Shown here: positions 26,075 through 39,849 of the stretch, piece by piece | Position numbering within the stretch: the stretch's first letter is position 1 | Layout: every line of letters starts with the position of its first letter | Assembly: GCA_026770705.1 (NCBI GenBank) | Contig: JANJGN010000007.1 | Span: 63,240,001-63,304,000, forward strand | Direction of reading: 5' to 3' | Origin: Isurus oxyrinchus | Lineage: Eukaryota | DNA length: 64,000 nt | The notes under the pieces: generated by a model | The model's database searches: none | What the model saw: the letters and a program-made list of their open reading frames with translations, nothing else | What the model was told of the DNA's origin: nothing | Made by a program: the position numbers and the translations under genes

Positions 26075-27120
26075 TAGTGGATGTCAGGTAAGCAGTCTGA
26101 TAATTTAGGGCAATAGAGTTGTCAAGAAAGTGGTGAGGTAGAGCTAGGTATTGTCAGTATCTGAGGGGCAGCATATTGGTGAAAAATAGGAGAGGTCAAA
26201 GATAGATATTTAGGGGACTATTAGGGTAATGATACAGGAGCAGGAAGAGAAGCCATTCCATGTGATTCGTTGGCTATGATTAGGTAGATTAGAATAAAAT
26301 TACTTGGAAGCAGTCCCACCCAGTTGCAATGAGAGTGGGAAAAAGTTGGAGGAGAAGGGTGTGATCAACCATGTCAAAGGCTGCAGACAGTTTGAGAGAG
26401 GCAAGGAGAGAAAGTTTACCTTTGAAACAGTCACATAGGGTGTGATTTGTGACTTTGCTGAGAGTTGCTTCAGTAGAGAACAAACCTGGGACAGGGACAA
26501 AACCTGATTGGAGAAATTCAAACATGGTGTTTTGGGAAAGGTGGGAACTTAATGGGAGGCCACAAAAGAATTGAAGGAACAGGAGGTGGGCCTATAGACA
26601 AGATAAGCTAAGAAAGACATGGCATGAGAGAAGATAGAAGAGAAATTAGAAAAAGGTGCAAGTTTTCAGGGCTAGGGTGGGGGGGTGCAGTAAAGGAAGT
26701 TTGGCAGATGGGCTAGTGGAAGGGTTGGATATGGCAGAGGCAACTGATCGGATGGTCTTGCTCTTAGTGGCAAAGTCCATGAGCTCCTCACATTTGTTGT
26801 TAGAGGTAAAGGTGGAGGGGACAGGGGAGAGGGTTTAAGAGGATGATTTTCAGTAGAGAAAATAAGGCAGAGATTTTCTTTGCATTTCAGGTTTATATCA
26901 GAATAATGAGCAGTTTTAGATGATGGGAGCAGGATCCAATAGCGTTTCAAGTAGTGCAGTCAGACCTGGGCTGTGGATGGCTAAACCAGTTGTCTGCCAT
27001 ATTCTTTCAAGTCTGTGTTCCTTGGACTTAAGGGAGCACAGGTGAGGGCTGCGGCAGGGGAACCTGCCAGAGTGAGAGATTAATTGGGAGGATTGAGGAT
27101 TCGGGCATCAAAGGAGGTGA
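26075..27120 (-). mobile_element. L2 LINE RT fragment
   Basis: LQSGF...STEATLSKVTNH...LSAAFDMVDHTLLL, an L2-clade RT signature. Confidence 0.85.
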
Positions 27121-27124
27121 AGTC

Positions 27125-28375
27125 ATCATTTTTATAAGCTGCCATTAAAACTCCCCTCAGGCTCTTCTGTTTGAAAGAAAACAATCCGAGCCTACCCAAT
27201 TCTACCCCTTTGCTCAAATCTCTATCCCTGGCAACATCCCTGTTAACCACATTGCTTAACAAACTGTGGACATATGCTTCAAGGTTCCACTGTTCCTCTA
27301 TACTTCTCAGCATTCTATCATTTATTGTTTATTCCCTTGCCTTGTTTCCCCACCCCAATACATTACTTCACACTTCTCCAGACTGAATTACATTTGCCAT
27401 TTTTCTACCTGCTTGACCAGTTCACTAACATCTTTCTGAAGTTTATAGCTTTCTTTTCTTCATTATCAATCGCAAGGTTGATTTTTGTATCATTTGAAAA
27501 CTTCTTAATAATGCCCTTACATCTAAGCTCATGAAAAGCAAGGGACTTAAGTACTGAGCCTGGCAGAATCCCACTAGAAACAGCCTTCTAGTCAAAAAAC
27601 ACCAGTCAACTATTATCTTTTGCTTTCTGTCTTTGAGTCAATTTTGGATCCAACTTGCCACTTTCACTTGGATCTCATCGGCTTTTATTTTCATAACCAG
27701 CCTGTCATGTGGGACCTTATCAAAAAACTTGCTAAAATCCATATAGAGTACATTAAATGTGCTCACCTCAGCGATCCTTCTTGTTACCTCTTCAAAAAAT
27801 TCAATCAGGTTAGTCAGACACGATCTTCCATTAGCAAATCCATGCTGACCGCCCTTGATTAATTTATGCCTAAATGTCAACATATACCGTCCCTCAGAGT
27901 TTTTTTTGCAATAATTTACCCATCACTGAGTTTAGGCTGACTATTCTGCAATTACTCAGTCCAGGCCTTTCTCCCTTTTTAAACAAGGGTATAATTTTAG
28001 CTGTCCTAGAGCACCACACTTGTAGCCAAAGTGGATTGGAAAATGATGGCGTCTCCATTATGTCCTCCCTTTTTAGCAACCTGGGATACATTTCATCCAG
28101 ATCTAGAAATGTAACTACTTCCAAAGATGTGAAGCCCCTTAATATTTTCTCTGTCATTATGTTTAACCCATTCAATATTTCACACTCGTCCGTAATTGCA
28201 ATGTCTGCATCATCCCCCAATCTGGTGAAGATAAACCCAAAGTATTCATTAAGAACCATCTCCGCTTCACACACAAGTTCCTTTTCTTGTCACTAATAGG
28301 TGCTATTTTTTCCTTCATTATCATCTTGTTCTCATTTTTAGTTACATAAACCTTTGGGTTTTCTTTGACTTCACA
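27125..28375 (-). mobile_element. CR1 ORF2 RT fragment with deletions
   Basis: QHGFANGRSCLTNLIEFFEEVT...YMDFSKFFDKVPHDRL; IIPLFKKGER. Confidence 0.9.
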
Positions 28376-28967
28376 CATGTTTAAAAGGGCCTAATGACAG
28401 TTTTAGGCATCCACCTGGAATGTATAAACAAAAGGTCCTGCAAATTTAGCAGTGGGACCAACACTTGCCTAAACTTATCACAAACCTGTACACTACTAAA
28501 TTGCTACACCTTGAGCCTATCTTACATCCAAAAAAATGGAGGCATGGATACCTGTTTAAATCCACCATGTTCCCAAAATTTTGGGGAATTTCAGTTTAAT
28601 CATAGATCCCGGGACAACCTGGAAAAACACAGTTCAAGTGTTTCTCTGTTGATCACGGAAGGAAATTTACAATGCAGAAAACAGCAAAACTTAGAAATTA
28701 CTTGTTGCAATATTCGCAAATATATTAACAGAAGTGCTATTTTGCTATTCATTGCTATTTTAACAGAGATGCTAGCTTGTTTAAAGTGAAACTACAAACA
28801 GTAATTTATATCTGTTGCATAACATTTCCTGGATCGGTGTCAATCTGTATTATCTAGGCTTGTATTGAAGCTATAACAACATCTATACATTTTTATTAAA
28901 GTATATTGACAAAATGATGTCAATATCCACATAAGGGTAATCTCACCAATACGTAAAACAATCCACC

Positions 28968-31900
28968 CTAAGGACGGTAGCGGGCAGGAAAAAGCACATT
29001 TTTCCCATCAGCTGCGATGGTAGCTCTTCACACCGTATCTTCCCAATCCTGTCTCATTAATCACGCATTCCCGAGAAACATGCTGTTTCAACGGCAGGCA
29101 GTCTCTCATTCGTCCGCCACACCATCACCTCGCTGCTTCCTCACGCTATTTTAAGTGCAGTTGCGTGCACACCTCTCAATGCTTCCAGCCAGGACTGCTG
29201 CAAAGAAGATATGGCCCTAAAGGCAAGTAAACTGCAGCACCCTGTTTAGTTGCACATCTCTCGAGCATCATTTGGATGCTGTGGGGGCACATTGTAATGT
29301 TCTCTTACCCCGTTCTAGTCACAGGAGGGGCAGCAACATCATCAATCTGGCTTGGGAGGCAGTGGCAGCGGTGGTCAGTGCCAACGTCTTGCAAAAGAGG
29401 ACAGCCAACTAGTGCCGAAAGAGGATGAATGATCGCCTCTACTCCAGTAGGGTAAGCCCTGCCTCTCATTACTCTCAACTCACACACTCACAAACTCATC
29501 ACATATTAACAAGGATCTCATTCACTGCCAGTTCAAGGAACATCACCATTCACCCTCCCACACACACCTTCATTGTCCTCGTCCCATCTGTGGGATCACT
29601 CAGCACCCACATCTGGCCTGGCAGGCGTCCTGCTTACACTCTCCCCATCTGTAACCATGCAGGACAAGCTGGCACACAAGAGGGTGAGGTCACAGACTGG
29701 TGGAGGAATGCCTGAAATCAAGGTCCTTGAAAATAGAGCCATCCAGGTGGCCAGCGAAGATCGGGACTGTTCCTGTGCTGACAGTGAGGCTGGCGGTACT
29801 CTACCAAGTGAGAATCCAGCAATGTAACATCCATCAGACAACCATATTGCAAGTGATGGGTCCTGTTTCACAGGCCACTGACATTTACTCATTATCTCCG
29901 CTTGCTTCTGGAGGTGCATCTGGGAAACAGCCAACTAAGTCCACAACCCACGGCCTCCAAGCAAGCCCCGAAGACAGATTGGAAGAAGCTGAAGGCACCC
30001 TCACTGAAGACACATCACGGCGCTCACCCACACCCTCCACAGCGCAAAGGCGTACACTTCGATGGGACCTAGCTTTAGAGTAGCCCCGGGGTCTGATGAG
30101 TACATCGCACTATTTAATCCACAGCTGGTGGTGGCAGGAACCACTCTGAAGTAGAGTGATACGGACTCAAAATTCTGCTTCTCTCTCCACAGATGCTGTT
30201 GGACTTGCTGAGATTTTCCAGCATTTTCTGTTTTTGTTGTGGCAGCAGGAGCTTCCCAGATCTCTGGCACTCGGGAGGAGGACTGCTGGAAGCCAGAAAT
30301 CCACTGAGTCCAAATTAGATGACGAGCCTCTGGACTCGGTCATACCTCAGTTGCTGGAGCTGCAAAGGCAAGCTCGGGAACATCAGGAAGGGATGTATGT
30401 GGCACTCCTCAGATTGCAAGGCAGAATGGAGGAGTCCGTCCACCTTCAGGCTGAGTTGATAGCGCCGTCATGGCAATGCACTGAGGTAAATACTGCTTGG
30501 ATGACGGCCGACATGGAGGCCTTGATCTAGGGCATCAGCTCTGCACTGATGCGCAAGCTAAACTCCATCGTTGATGTTGGCCTCCAACAGTATCACCGAG
30601 GAGGGTCCCGCTGCCACGCAGCAAGACCCCAAACACAGCATGGGGCCCTTCAGGCCCGCCAAGGTCATCACAGACAGGGAGTAGCAGTTGGAAGGCTGCC
30701 TCCACCTCTGCTGTGGATGTTGGCAGAGCACCAAGATGTTAAGATGATGTAGTTGCACAGCCTGGGCAAGGGTGTTAATCACTTGCACATAATGTTCACT
30801 GTTGTAAATAAATTCCCAAGTATGTTTCCTGTCTATGACTCCTAGTTCTGATGAGCAGTGTTTGTGTCACTCAGATGTGAAACTTTGGATCCTGCACAAG
30901 ATAATGGCAGGATTCTCATCCAGGGCCTCTTCCCTGTGCTTTGTGCAACCTTTAGGCCAAACTGATGGTCTGGCCTCAAACACACTGGGCACATTACTGA
31001 AGCCCTGCACCTCAACGGTGCTTGTCATTGCTGCCAGAATTTCATGGGCAGGCGTCAGAGAGTTCCATAATTCTCTCTGTGTGCTCTCAGTACCTTTAAG
31101 ATGGGGTTGGCCCCCATCTCTTCAGAGTCTGGGATCAGTGATGCTCTGCTGCAGTCTGAGGCCGCCGCAGGGGTGTCAGCCATGTCCTCTGCGGGTCGCT
31201 CTTGTCCACAAGGAGCCATCCCTGCAGCCTCTGTAGACCTTGGAGGACTTCAGGGGTCTGAGACCGACTGAGAATGTAGGGGTCGTGGAACCGTGCAGAG
31301 ACCTGCAGGATGCATTTGTGGTGGTGGCGCACCAGTTGCACATTCAGCAAATGGAACCCCTTGAGGTTGACACAGTTGACGAAGGTGATCTGAGTGCCAT
31401 GTGGGTGCAATCACTGGTACCTGCACCTGTGCGAAACCCGAGATCTGGGCTCTTCCATCCTGGCTTTCTGGTCCCAGCCAAAATGCACAAAATTGTGCGC
31501 CTTCACAAAGATAGCATCCATGATCTCATGGATGCATTTTTTTGGGTTCAGACTTGTGATATCCCACAGAGGTCACCTGTGCAGCCCTGAAAGTAGCCAC
31601 TTGTGTAAAAATTGAGTGCCAATCACTTTCACGACCACAGGCAGTGGATACCCTCCATGTCCTCTTGATGCCAAATTCTGCAGCAGCTGGCAGATGTGAC
31701 CAACCGGTTTTCTAGACATGTGTAGTCTTCCGCACCACTGGTTCTCAGTCATCTTCAGGAATGAAAGTCGGCATCTATAGACCGTGGTTGTGGCTCTTCA
31801 GTGGTGTGTGAGGAAGGCCCAGGCACCCTTTCATCCTGAGGGTGCTGCTCCTCCCTCTGCCCAGCCAGGTGCCTCCGTCACTCTTCTCCTTCGCTCTCTG

Positions 31901-33152
31901 TATGCCATGAGGCATACAGCTAGGTTACCAGGCTCCACGCCCCTGATGTACTTCTCCTGCAGAAAGAAAGGGAGAGAGAGACGCATGGGTAAGCTTGTGT
32001 AGTTCGAAGAACCTCTCTTGTTCAAGTCTGAAGGCCCCTTATTGCATCTCAGAGTGTGCTGTCCACCACTTGGATGGCCAAAGTTTAGTGCGTGCTGCAT
32101 GGCTGCCCAAGAGCACACCCACCTCCACCCCATTCCACCTGACCAATTGGCAGCACCTTCACCCATTGGACTGCATGCTGTGCTCTCACCTCAGATGCAG
32201 GCATTCTCCTAACCCACACTGCATGGCTGCATTGTTAGCTTGAACCATGGGGGAGACTGGTCCAAACCTGAATGATGACATTGCAAGAGGCTGAATGCCT
32301 CCACCAGTAACTGCTCCATGGCCAGCTTTAGCAAGGAGATTGTACAACGTGCCCAGTAGTCCAACTGTTCTGCAGTCCACTAAAATGCTCATTAGTTTGC
32401 AGTCTGTGCCCGAGGGGTGACAAATCCAGGAGTATTTGGTGGTACTTTCATGCTTCTGCTTTGCAAACAGGCAGATAAGCTCGAGGCTCGACTCCAAGCA
32501 TATCAATATGGCTGAGTCTGAACTGTCTCAGCTGCAGAGAAATGGTCACTTTATACAAGGTTTCCTTATTGTGTGGCCACTTCCCTCCCCCTACTCCACA
32601 TGTGCTTGTGCACTACCATTAACCGCAGTGCAGCCCCTGAAGTCATCTCAAGCAGAGTGCAGCCCTTGCCCCGCCAAGTCGCCTCAGCTGCAGGGCAGCC
32701 TGTGTGCCAGCATCACACTGTCAGCCATCCGGGTCAGCGACTTGCCTGTGCCCTCACCTGAATGCATGGCGCCTCAACTTTGAAATCCAACAGACGACCC
32801 TGGCGAGCGCTGCATAATGTGACTGCGCACTCACCTCCAAGTTCACCTCAAAATGCAGCTCGCCAAGTGCACACCTTATATATGCTGTTGTGAAACATTG
32901 CAACCTGACATGTTCAGGTGATCCAGTGTGCGGGGATGATTCCGGTGAGCTGGGCTTACAATTATATGCAGCTCTATTACAATGAGGTTCTCAACATCCG
33001 ACAGCAAGAAACGCAGCCCGCCATTCATGGCACAGCAGACAATTGCAAACCAATTTCACAACATCGTGAAATCTATTTTTGGCCTTCTCACCATATTGTC
33101 CACTTACGCAGCCAAACATGCCCGACACCAGTAGGCACCGAACATTCCACCC
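28968..33152 (+). mobile_element. Harbinger/PIF element 3, near complete and decayed: convergent Myb/SANT (+) and DDE transposase (-)
   Basis: Right TIR ...ATTCCACCC (left end clipped); Myb ATG 29211, donor 29452, exon 2 29663-29807; transposase about 31950 to 30900 with NLKGFHLLNVQLV, HDPYIL and GWLLVDKSDP motifs. Confidence 0.92.
30143..30236 (+). mobile_element. Short Penelope-type terminal fragment inserted in the Myb exon
   Basis: CTGAAGTA-GAGT..ACTC-AAAA then CAGATGCTG...GCTGAGATTTTCCAGCATTTTCTGTTTTTG; flanked by an imperfect duplication of G(G)TGG(T/C)(G/A)GCAGGA. Confidence 0.6.
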
Positions 33153-33299
33153 ATAGTGTATCGTGCAATACCCCTTTAAATACAAGAGGTATAATAATTT
33201 ATATTTTCACTATAATGCTTTATATGTAATTTAATTATTTGTTCATAACTGGGAATATAGATTAAATTATTCAGATAGTTATATACTGCATTTTTCAAT

Positions 33300-36200
33300 G
33301 GGGGGAAGCGATGCGTAGTGGCATTGTTGCTGGACTAGTAATCCAGAGACCCAAACTAATGCTCTGGGGACCTGTGTTCGAATCCCACCAAAGCAGATTT
33401 GATCCCACAACCAATTGATCAAGCTCTGGAGTCTTACCATATCCAGTGAATTCACTAAAAATCTAGAATTAAACAATGAAACCATTGTCAATTGTTGTAA
33501 ACACGCACCTGGTTCACTAATGTCCTTTAGGGAAGGAAATCTGCCCTTCTTACCTGGCTCCAGACCCACAGCAATGTGGTTGACTCTTAACTGCCATGTG
33601 AAATGGCCTAGCAAGCCACTCAGTCCCAAAAAAGGAAGGAAACCGGACATACCACCCAACATCAACCTCGGCAAAGACAATGGCAAACTCAGCCCTGTTG
33701 ACCTGCAAAGTCATCCTACAAACACCTGGGGGTGAATGCCAAAATTGGGACAGCTGTCTCACAGACTAGTCAAGCAACAGCCTGATGTCATCCTCATGGA
33801 ATCATACCTTATGGATAATGTCCCAGATGCCACCATCACCATCCCTAGGTATGTCCAGTCCCACAGGCAGGACAGACCCAGCAAAGGTATACATTCGACA
33901 CAGTTGCATATGAGATCCTGGAAGTCCTCAACATTGACTCCGGACCCCATGAAGTCTCATCGCATCAGGACAAACATGGGCAAGGAAACCTCCTGTTGAT
34001 TACCATATACCGCCTTCCCTCAGCTGATAAATCAGTGCTCTTCCATGTTGAACACCACTTGGAGGAAGTGCTGAAGGTGGCAAGGGTGCAGAATGTACTC
34101 TGAGTGGGGCTTTTCAATGTCATCACCAAGGGTGGCTCGGTAGCACCACTAATGACCGAGCAGGTCGAGTCCTAAATGACATAGCTGGGTCTGTGACAGG
34201 TGGTGAGGGAACCAACAAGAGGGAAAAGCATACTTGACCTCATCCTCACCAACCTGCCTGCAAATGCATCTGTCCACGACAGTAGGAGTGGCCACCGCAC
34301 AGTCCTTGTAGAGAATACAGTTCCACTTTCACACTGAGGATACCCTCCGTTTGCTGTGTGGGGCTACCACCGTGCTAAATGGGATAGATTTTGAACAGAT
34401 CTGGCAGCTCAAGACTGGGCATTCATGGGGCGCTGTGGTCCATCAGCAACAGCAGAATTGTACTCAGACACAATCTGTAACCTCATGGCCCAGCATATCC
34501 CCCACTCTACCATTACTATCAAGCCAGGGGATCAGCCCTGGTTCAATCATGAGTGCAGGCAGGCATGCGAGGAGCAGCACTGGGTATACCTAAAAATGAG
34601 GTTTCAACCTGGTGAAGCTATAACACAGGACGACTTAAGTGCCAAACAACATAAGCAGCAAGTGATTGAGTTAAGTGATCCCACAACCAATGGATCAGAT
34701 CTAACCTCTGCAGTCTTGCCACATATAGTCAAGAATGGTGGTGGATGATTAAACAGCTCACTGGAGGAGAAGGCTCCACAAATATCCCCATCCTCAATGG
34801 TGGGGGAGCCCAGCACATCAGTGCAAAAGGTAGGGCCATTGCTACATTTGCAACAATCTTCAGTCAGAAGTGCTGAGTGGATGATCCATCTCAGCCTCCT
34901 CTGAAGGTCCCCAGCATCAGAGGTGCCAGTTCTCAGGCAATTCGATTCACTCCACTGATATCAAGCAATGGCTGAAGGCACTGCATACCACAAAGGCTGT
35001 GGGCCCTGACAATATTCCAGCAATAGTATTGAAGACTTGAGCTCCAGAACTTGCATGTCCCTAGCCAAGCTGTTTCAATACAGCTACAATACTGGCATCT
35101 ACCTAGTTATGTTGAAAATTACCCAGCTATGTCTTGTACACAGAATGCTGAACATATCCAACCCAACCAATTACTGCCGCATCAATCTACTCTTCAGCAT
35201 CAGTAAAGTAATGGAAGGGGTCATCAACAGTGCTATTGTGTGGCACTTGCTTAGCAACAACCTGCGCACTGATTCTTATTTTGGGTTCCACCAGGGCCAG
35301 TCAGCTCCTGACCTCATTACAGTCTTGGTTCAAACATGGACAAAAGAGCTGAACTGCCAAGGAGAGGTGAGAGTGACTGCCCTTGACATCAAGGCTGCAT
35401 TTGACCAAATGTGGCATCAAGGAGCCCTAGCAAAATTGGCATCAATGGGAATCAGGGGGAAAACTCTCCGCTGGTTGGATTCATACCTAGCACAAAGGAA
35501 GGTGGTTGTGGTTGTTGGAGGTCAGTTATCTCAGCTCCAGGACATCACTGTAGGAGTTCTTCAGGGTAGTGTTCTCAGCCTAACCATCTTCAGCTGCTTC
35601 ATCAACAACCTTCCTTCCATCATAAGGTCAGAAGTAGGGATGCTCGCTGATGATTTCACAATGTTCACTGATCATTGCACAATGTTCTGCACCATTCGCG
35701 ATTCCTCAGATACTGAAGCAGTCCATGTCCAAATACAGCTAGACCTGGACAACATCCAGGCTTGGGCTGACAAGTGGAGGGTCACATTCGCACCACACAA
35801 GTGCTAGGCAATGACTATCTCCAACAAGAGAGAATCTAACCATCGCCCCTTGACCTTCAATGGCATTACCATCACTGAAACCCCCACTATCAACATCCTG
35901 GAGGTTACCATTGACCAGAAGCTAAACTCGATTAGCCATATAAATACTGTGGCTTCAAGAGCAGGTCAGAGGCTAGGAAACCTGTGATGAGTAACTCACC
36001 TCCTAGCTCCCCAAAGCCTGTCCAGCATCTACAAGTCAGGAGTGTGATGGAATATTGTCCACTTGCCTGGATGAATGCAGCTCCTACAACACTCAAGAAG
36101 CTTGATAATGTTCAGGACAAAGCAGCTCGCTTGATTGGCACCACATCCAAACATTCACTCCCTCCACCACCAATGCACAGTAGCAGCAGTGTGTACCATC

Positions 36201-36530
36201 TACAAGATGTCGTGCAGGAATTCACCAAGACTCCTTGGACAGCACCTTCCAAACCTATGACCGCTACCATCTGGAAGGACAAGGGCAGCAGATAGATTGG
36301 AACCACCACCTCCTGGAAATTCCCCTCCAAGTTACTCACCATCATGACATGGAACTATATTGCCATTCTTTCACTGTTGCTGGGTCAAAATCCTGGAACT
36401 CCCTCCCTAACAGCACACATGGGCTGAGGCGGTACAAAAGGCAGCTCACCACCAACTTCTCAAGGACAGCAAGGGATGGGCAATAAATGCTGGCCCAACC
36501 AGCGAAGTCCACATCCTGTGATTGAATATA
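33300..36530 (+). mobile_element. Near full-length CR1-group LINE, single decayed APE-RT ORF, tRNA-derived 5' head
   Basis: APE start PKLGQLSHRLVKQQPDVILMESYL (33736); RT 35037-35807 (ALDIKAAFDQMWHQ, QGSVL, ADD); ORF end 36486 then tail; no ORF1. Confidence 0.92.
33312..33385 (+). promoter_or_regulatory. Pol III type-2 internal promoter (A box and B box) in the LINE/SINE head
   Basis: A-box-like TGCGTAGTGG 33312-33321; anticodon-arm-like CTGGA-CTAGTAA-TCCAG 33330-33346; B box GTTCGAATCC 33376-33385. Confidence 0.7.
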
Positions 36531-37002
36531 TTTTTAAAAAATATTGTAGTTTCTAATTAAATTTTTAAAATCTAACTTCTATTTATTTATTGATTTTTAA
36601 ATTCAAAATTACAGTTTTGGCACCAATTCCTTCCATACACATCCTTTTGATTAAGGGATCAGTATATCATAAATTCCAAAGATATAATATTAGCAAGCAG
36701 AATGACAGGCATTGTGTATTTCATAACATATGGTTGCTGTGACAGATTCAGATAATAATTTATTCTGTAACAAGATTTTTTTTCAACCAGTCCTGTTATT
36801 TCCTGATCAGTGTTACTAAAACTGCAGCTTAATTTAAAACAGGATTCACAGTGACTTATTGTCCAACTTTTTTTTGTTTTTTGTACTGTGATCTGTCACA
36901 TTGTATTTTGTGTTTCTCTTAGTGAGGAGGAAAACCAGTACATTATATAGTATTAGACTAAAAAGCTTCCAAATCATTTCTCACACCCAGGCCTGATCTT
37001 AC

Positions 37003-37485
37003 ATCCCCTGTCACTGCAGTAACTTGAACATGTATCCTTCATTCTCACTGTTGTTCCCCTCCATCTTCTGTCACTTCTCTTGTAAATCATACCAGCTACT
37101 TTCCCTGTGATGTTTCAATCCTCAACAGGAGAGCCACTGACGTTTCACATGAATCCAACCAAAGTTAAATATCTGATACTAATGCAATGGGGTTGAAAAC
37201 TCTATTGGACACACTCCTGAATATGGCCATTAACCACAATTTCTTAAATGGAAGGAAAACTCTGGATAATACATCAGCATTGTTCTGCTTCCACCCAGAC
37301 ATTTAATTTGCTGGAAGATCTGTTACAAAGAAATCAGTCTTTTGTCTGAACAGTAATGCTGGAAATGCACCAGACTGTGCTGCAGCATTGTGCTCTCAAA
37401 GGTAACCAAAGGATTCTGAATTTACAGATTACAAGTTGTTTTCCTCATGCTGGAGTCAAAAAGACCACTTTTCCAATTAACGTGC
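37003..37485 (-). pseudogene. 483-nt phase 0-0 pseudo-exon
   Basis: Acceptor ctttccttgtattAG, donor GTAAGA; one frame with stops: AFPALLFRQKTDFFVTDLPAN*MSGWKQNNADVLSRVFLPFKKLWLMAIFRSVSNRVFNPIALVSDI*LWLDSCE. Confidence 0.7.
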
Positions 37486-37634
37486 CTAATACAAGGAAAG
37501 CAACATTTCAGTTTGTTCAAACTGCAAAGGTAGTCTAAAAGTTGTCTTCGTGTAGCTTTCAATGACCTAAAAGTCTGCACAGCTAGCAATTGTCATTTTT
37601 TCTGCCCAACTGACCATTATAAATGTGACAGATT

Positions 37635-38935
37635 GGGAGAGATGTGTTGTAATGGTAATGGCACTGACTAGTAATCCCGAGGTTCAAATTCCACCATGGC
37701 TTGTAGAATTTAAATTCAATTAATAAATCTGGACCTGAAAACTAGTCTCAATAATGATGACCATGAAACTATTGTCAATTGTGTCACAAAGCTTACCATG
37801 CTTTTTATGTTATTATTGTGGGGTATTGTATTGTAGTGTCTGTGTGTGTGTGTATGTGTGGATGGTTCTGTCTGTGTAGCTGATTTAATTGAATTAGATT
37901 CGGATAGACTGCATGGCTGAAATTAACAAAAGAGTTACAAGTAAAAAGGGTATTTGAAATCTTAATGAATGAGCTAGGGTAAAGTCAGTAGGTAGGATAT
38001 GAATGAAATGTGCATTTTAGGATAAGTGGAGAGGTGTCTGGTTTTCAAAGAAACATTATAAAGTTTTACAACTGACAGGATAAATAGGGCAAGGTGATTA
38101 CATTTATTTTTTTCTGAAAAGAAAAGGCCTTATTGACAACTTGAAATTTTTTATCGTATGAACAAAATAAATTCCAAAGACATATGAAAACAATGGGATT
38201 TACAGATTAAAGAGGAAAGAATATATTTAAAGAAAGATGGAAGGCTGTATTGGGGTGGCTGTGTAAGGTCTAAAAGATAGATCGGGAACCAGACTTGGGG
38301 ATACAGCCTCTAGCCACTTTGCAGGAGTCTGTTGCTCTAGTAGCCGAAGTTGTGTTAAAATTGGCATTCCACTGTCGAACAGGTGCTGTGGTAACCTTGC
38401 TAGATTGCCTCTCTACATTTAAAATCTATTTGGGGTTTTTACCTTAAAGAGGGTATATAGTTGGGTGCCAAGTTAATTAGGAACTTTGGGATTTGTTATA
38501 ACATTAAGTAAGGTTAATTGTAGTCTTGTGTATGTGTTTTAATTCTTTTCTTTTGCGAATAATTTTTAAAATCTCCAAAGGTGTTAGTGGACTCATTACT
38601 TCTAAATTCAAAGCACAAACCTTCTCATAATAAATACAAATTGCAAAACCGTTGTGATAGTGTGGCCAAGTTTCCTGTGTGGATTTGGTCAGCCTGGCAA
38701 ATACCACCTGCCATATCATAACAATTGTCATAAAATCTCATCTGGTTCACGGATGGAAGATAATCTGCCATCCTTACCAGGTCTGGCCTACATGTGACTC
38801 CAGACCCACAGAAATGTGGTTGACTCTAAACTGCTCTCTCGCATGGCCTAGGAAGCCACTCAATTCAAGGGAAATTCTGGATCGGCAACAAATGTTGGCC
38901 TCATCAGTGATGGCCACATCCCATGAAAGAATTTT
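37635..38935 (+). mobile_element. tRNA-derived SINE split by a solo LTR
   Basis: Head 37635-37781 and body/tail 38724-38935 match 57439-57839. Confidence 0.85.
37782..38723 (+). mobile_element. Solo LTR with 4-bp TSD ATTG
   Basis: TGTCAC...CATAACA; ATTG at 37778-37781 and 38724-38727; AATAAA near 38629. Confidence 0.88.
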
Positions 38936-39849
38936 TTAAAATGACTACATTGCATAGAATTAACAGCACAGGATGAGGCTATTCACCCAGCAGTTCTATC
39001 CTGGTGTTTATGAGCCACATGAGCAAAGTGGTGAGGTATAAACATCATTATTCCAGTAGATAAAATACACCTTAGACATCAGCTCCATTTCCTGGTCCTG
39101 ACCCTGGTCAAAGGAGGAAGTGGTCATGCGATGCGATTTTCTGAGAGGTTAGCCCTAATTGGCTGGAGGGTGGGCTTGACAGCCAATCAGGGGCACTGTG
39201 TGTAAAAGGCTGGAAGTGCAGGCTCAATTTAAAGGAATGATGGCAGCCACTATTGTGGGTGCTGTATTGAAATCCTATGGCAGGGAGAAGTAAGGAGCAG
39301 GAAATACTGAGGCCAGAAACCTGTGATAGGGCAGTCCCAAGTTTCAGTGTTACTGCTGGAGGTGGTTTGAGATAATTGAGGTAAATTGTTCCCAGAGAGT
39401 GGCAGTTTGGCCACCCCATAAGACTAAACAGGTCTGGCTGATGGAGGGAGAGCAAGTGAGCCGCTGCAGCTTTGGGAGGACCATCTAGGTGAAATGACAT
39501 AAGAGGTTCAATGGCTTTCTAAGATCCAACAAGTGTGTGGAGCGCTACAACCAGATGACAGCATCTAGGTCTACAGCCAATAGCAGATGCACCAGCTGAG
39601 CAGCTTGAGGGTGCATGGTGCTCCCAAACAGGGGAGAGTTGTGTACCCAGGATAATTGCTGACCCATCAGCAAGGCTCAAATCCCTTGTGCTACTGAGCA
39701 GCTGGCAGCACTAACAAATGCACCATCTAATTTAAATGAGCCTCTGAAATTCATGAGAGAGGCAAGCATTGCTTTATCATTTTCTTTTGTCCTTGCAGGA
39801 GGTGCACAGTGCCAGGGAGAGGGCTTGCACCGTTGCAGGAATGCCCCAA

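Larger units (their letters stand above)
28702..33174 (-). pseudogene. Possible pseudo-exon (33153-33174 plus about 28702-28957) split by Harbinger 3
   Basis: Acceptor ctcttgtatttaaAG near 33175, donor GTAATT near 28701; DYPYVDIDIILSIYFNK/KCIDVVIASIQA*IIQIDTDPGNVMQQI. Confidence 0.4.

Noticed and set aside
28394-28789. 131-aa plus-strand ORF
   Set aside because: Spans a MITE-like remnant and antisense pseudo-exon sequence; no recognisable motif.
33305-33392. Functional tRNA gene
   Set aside because: No proper acceptor stem or terminator and an over-long variable region; it is the head of a retroelement present in several copies.
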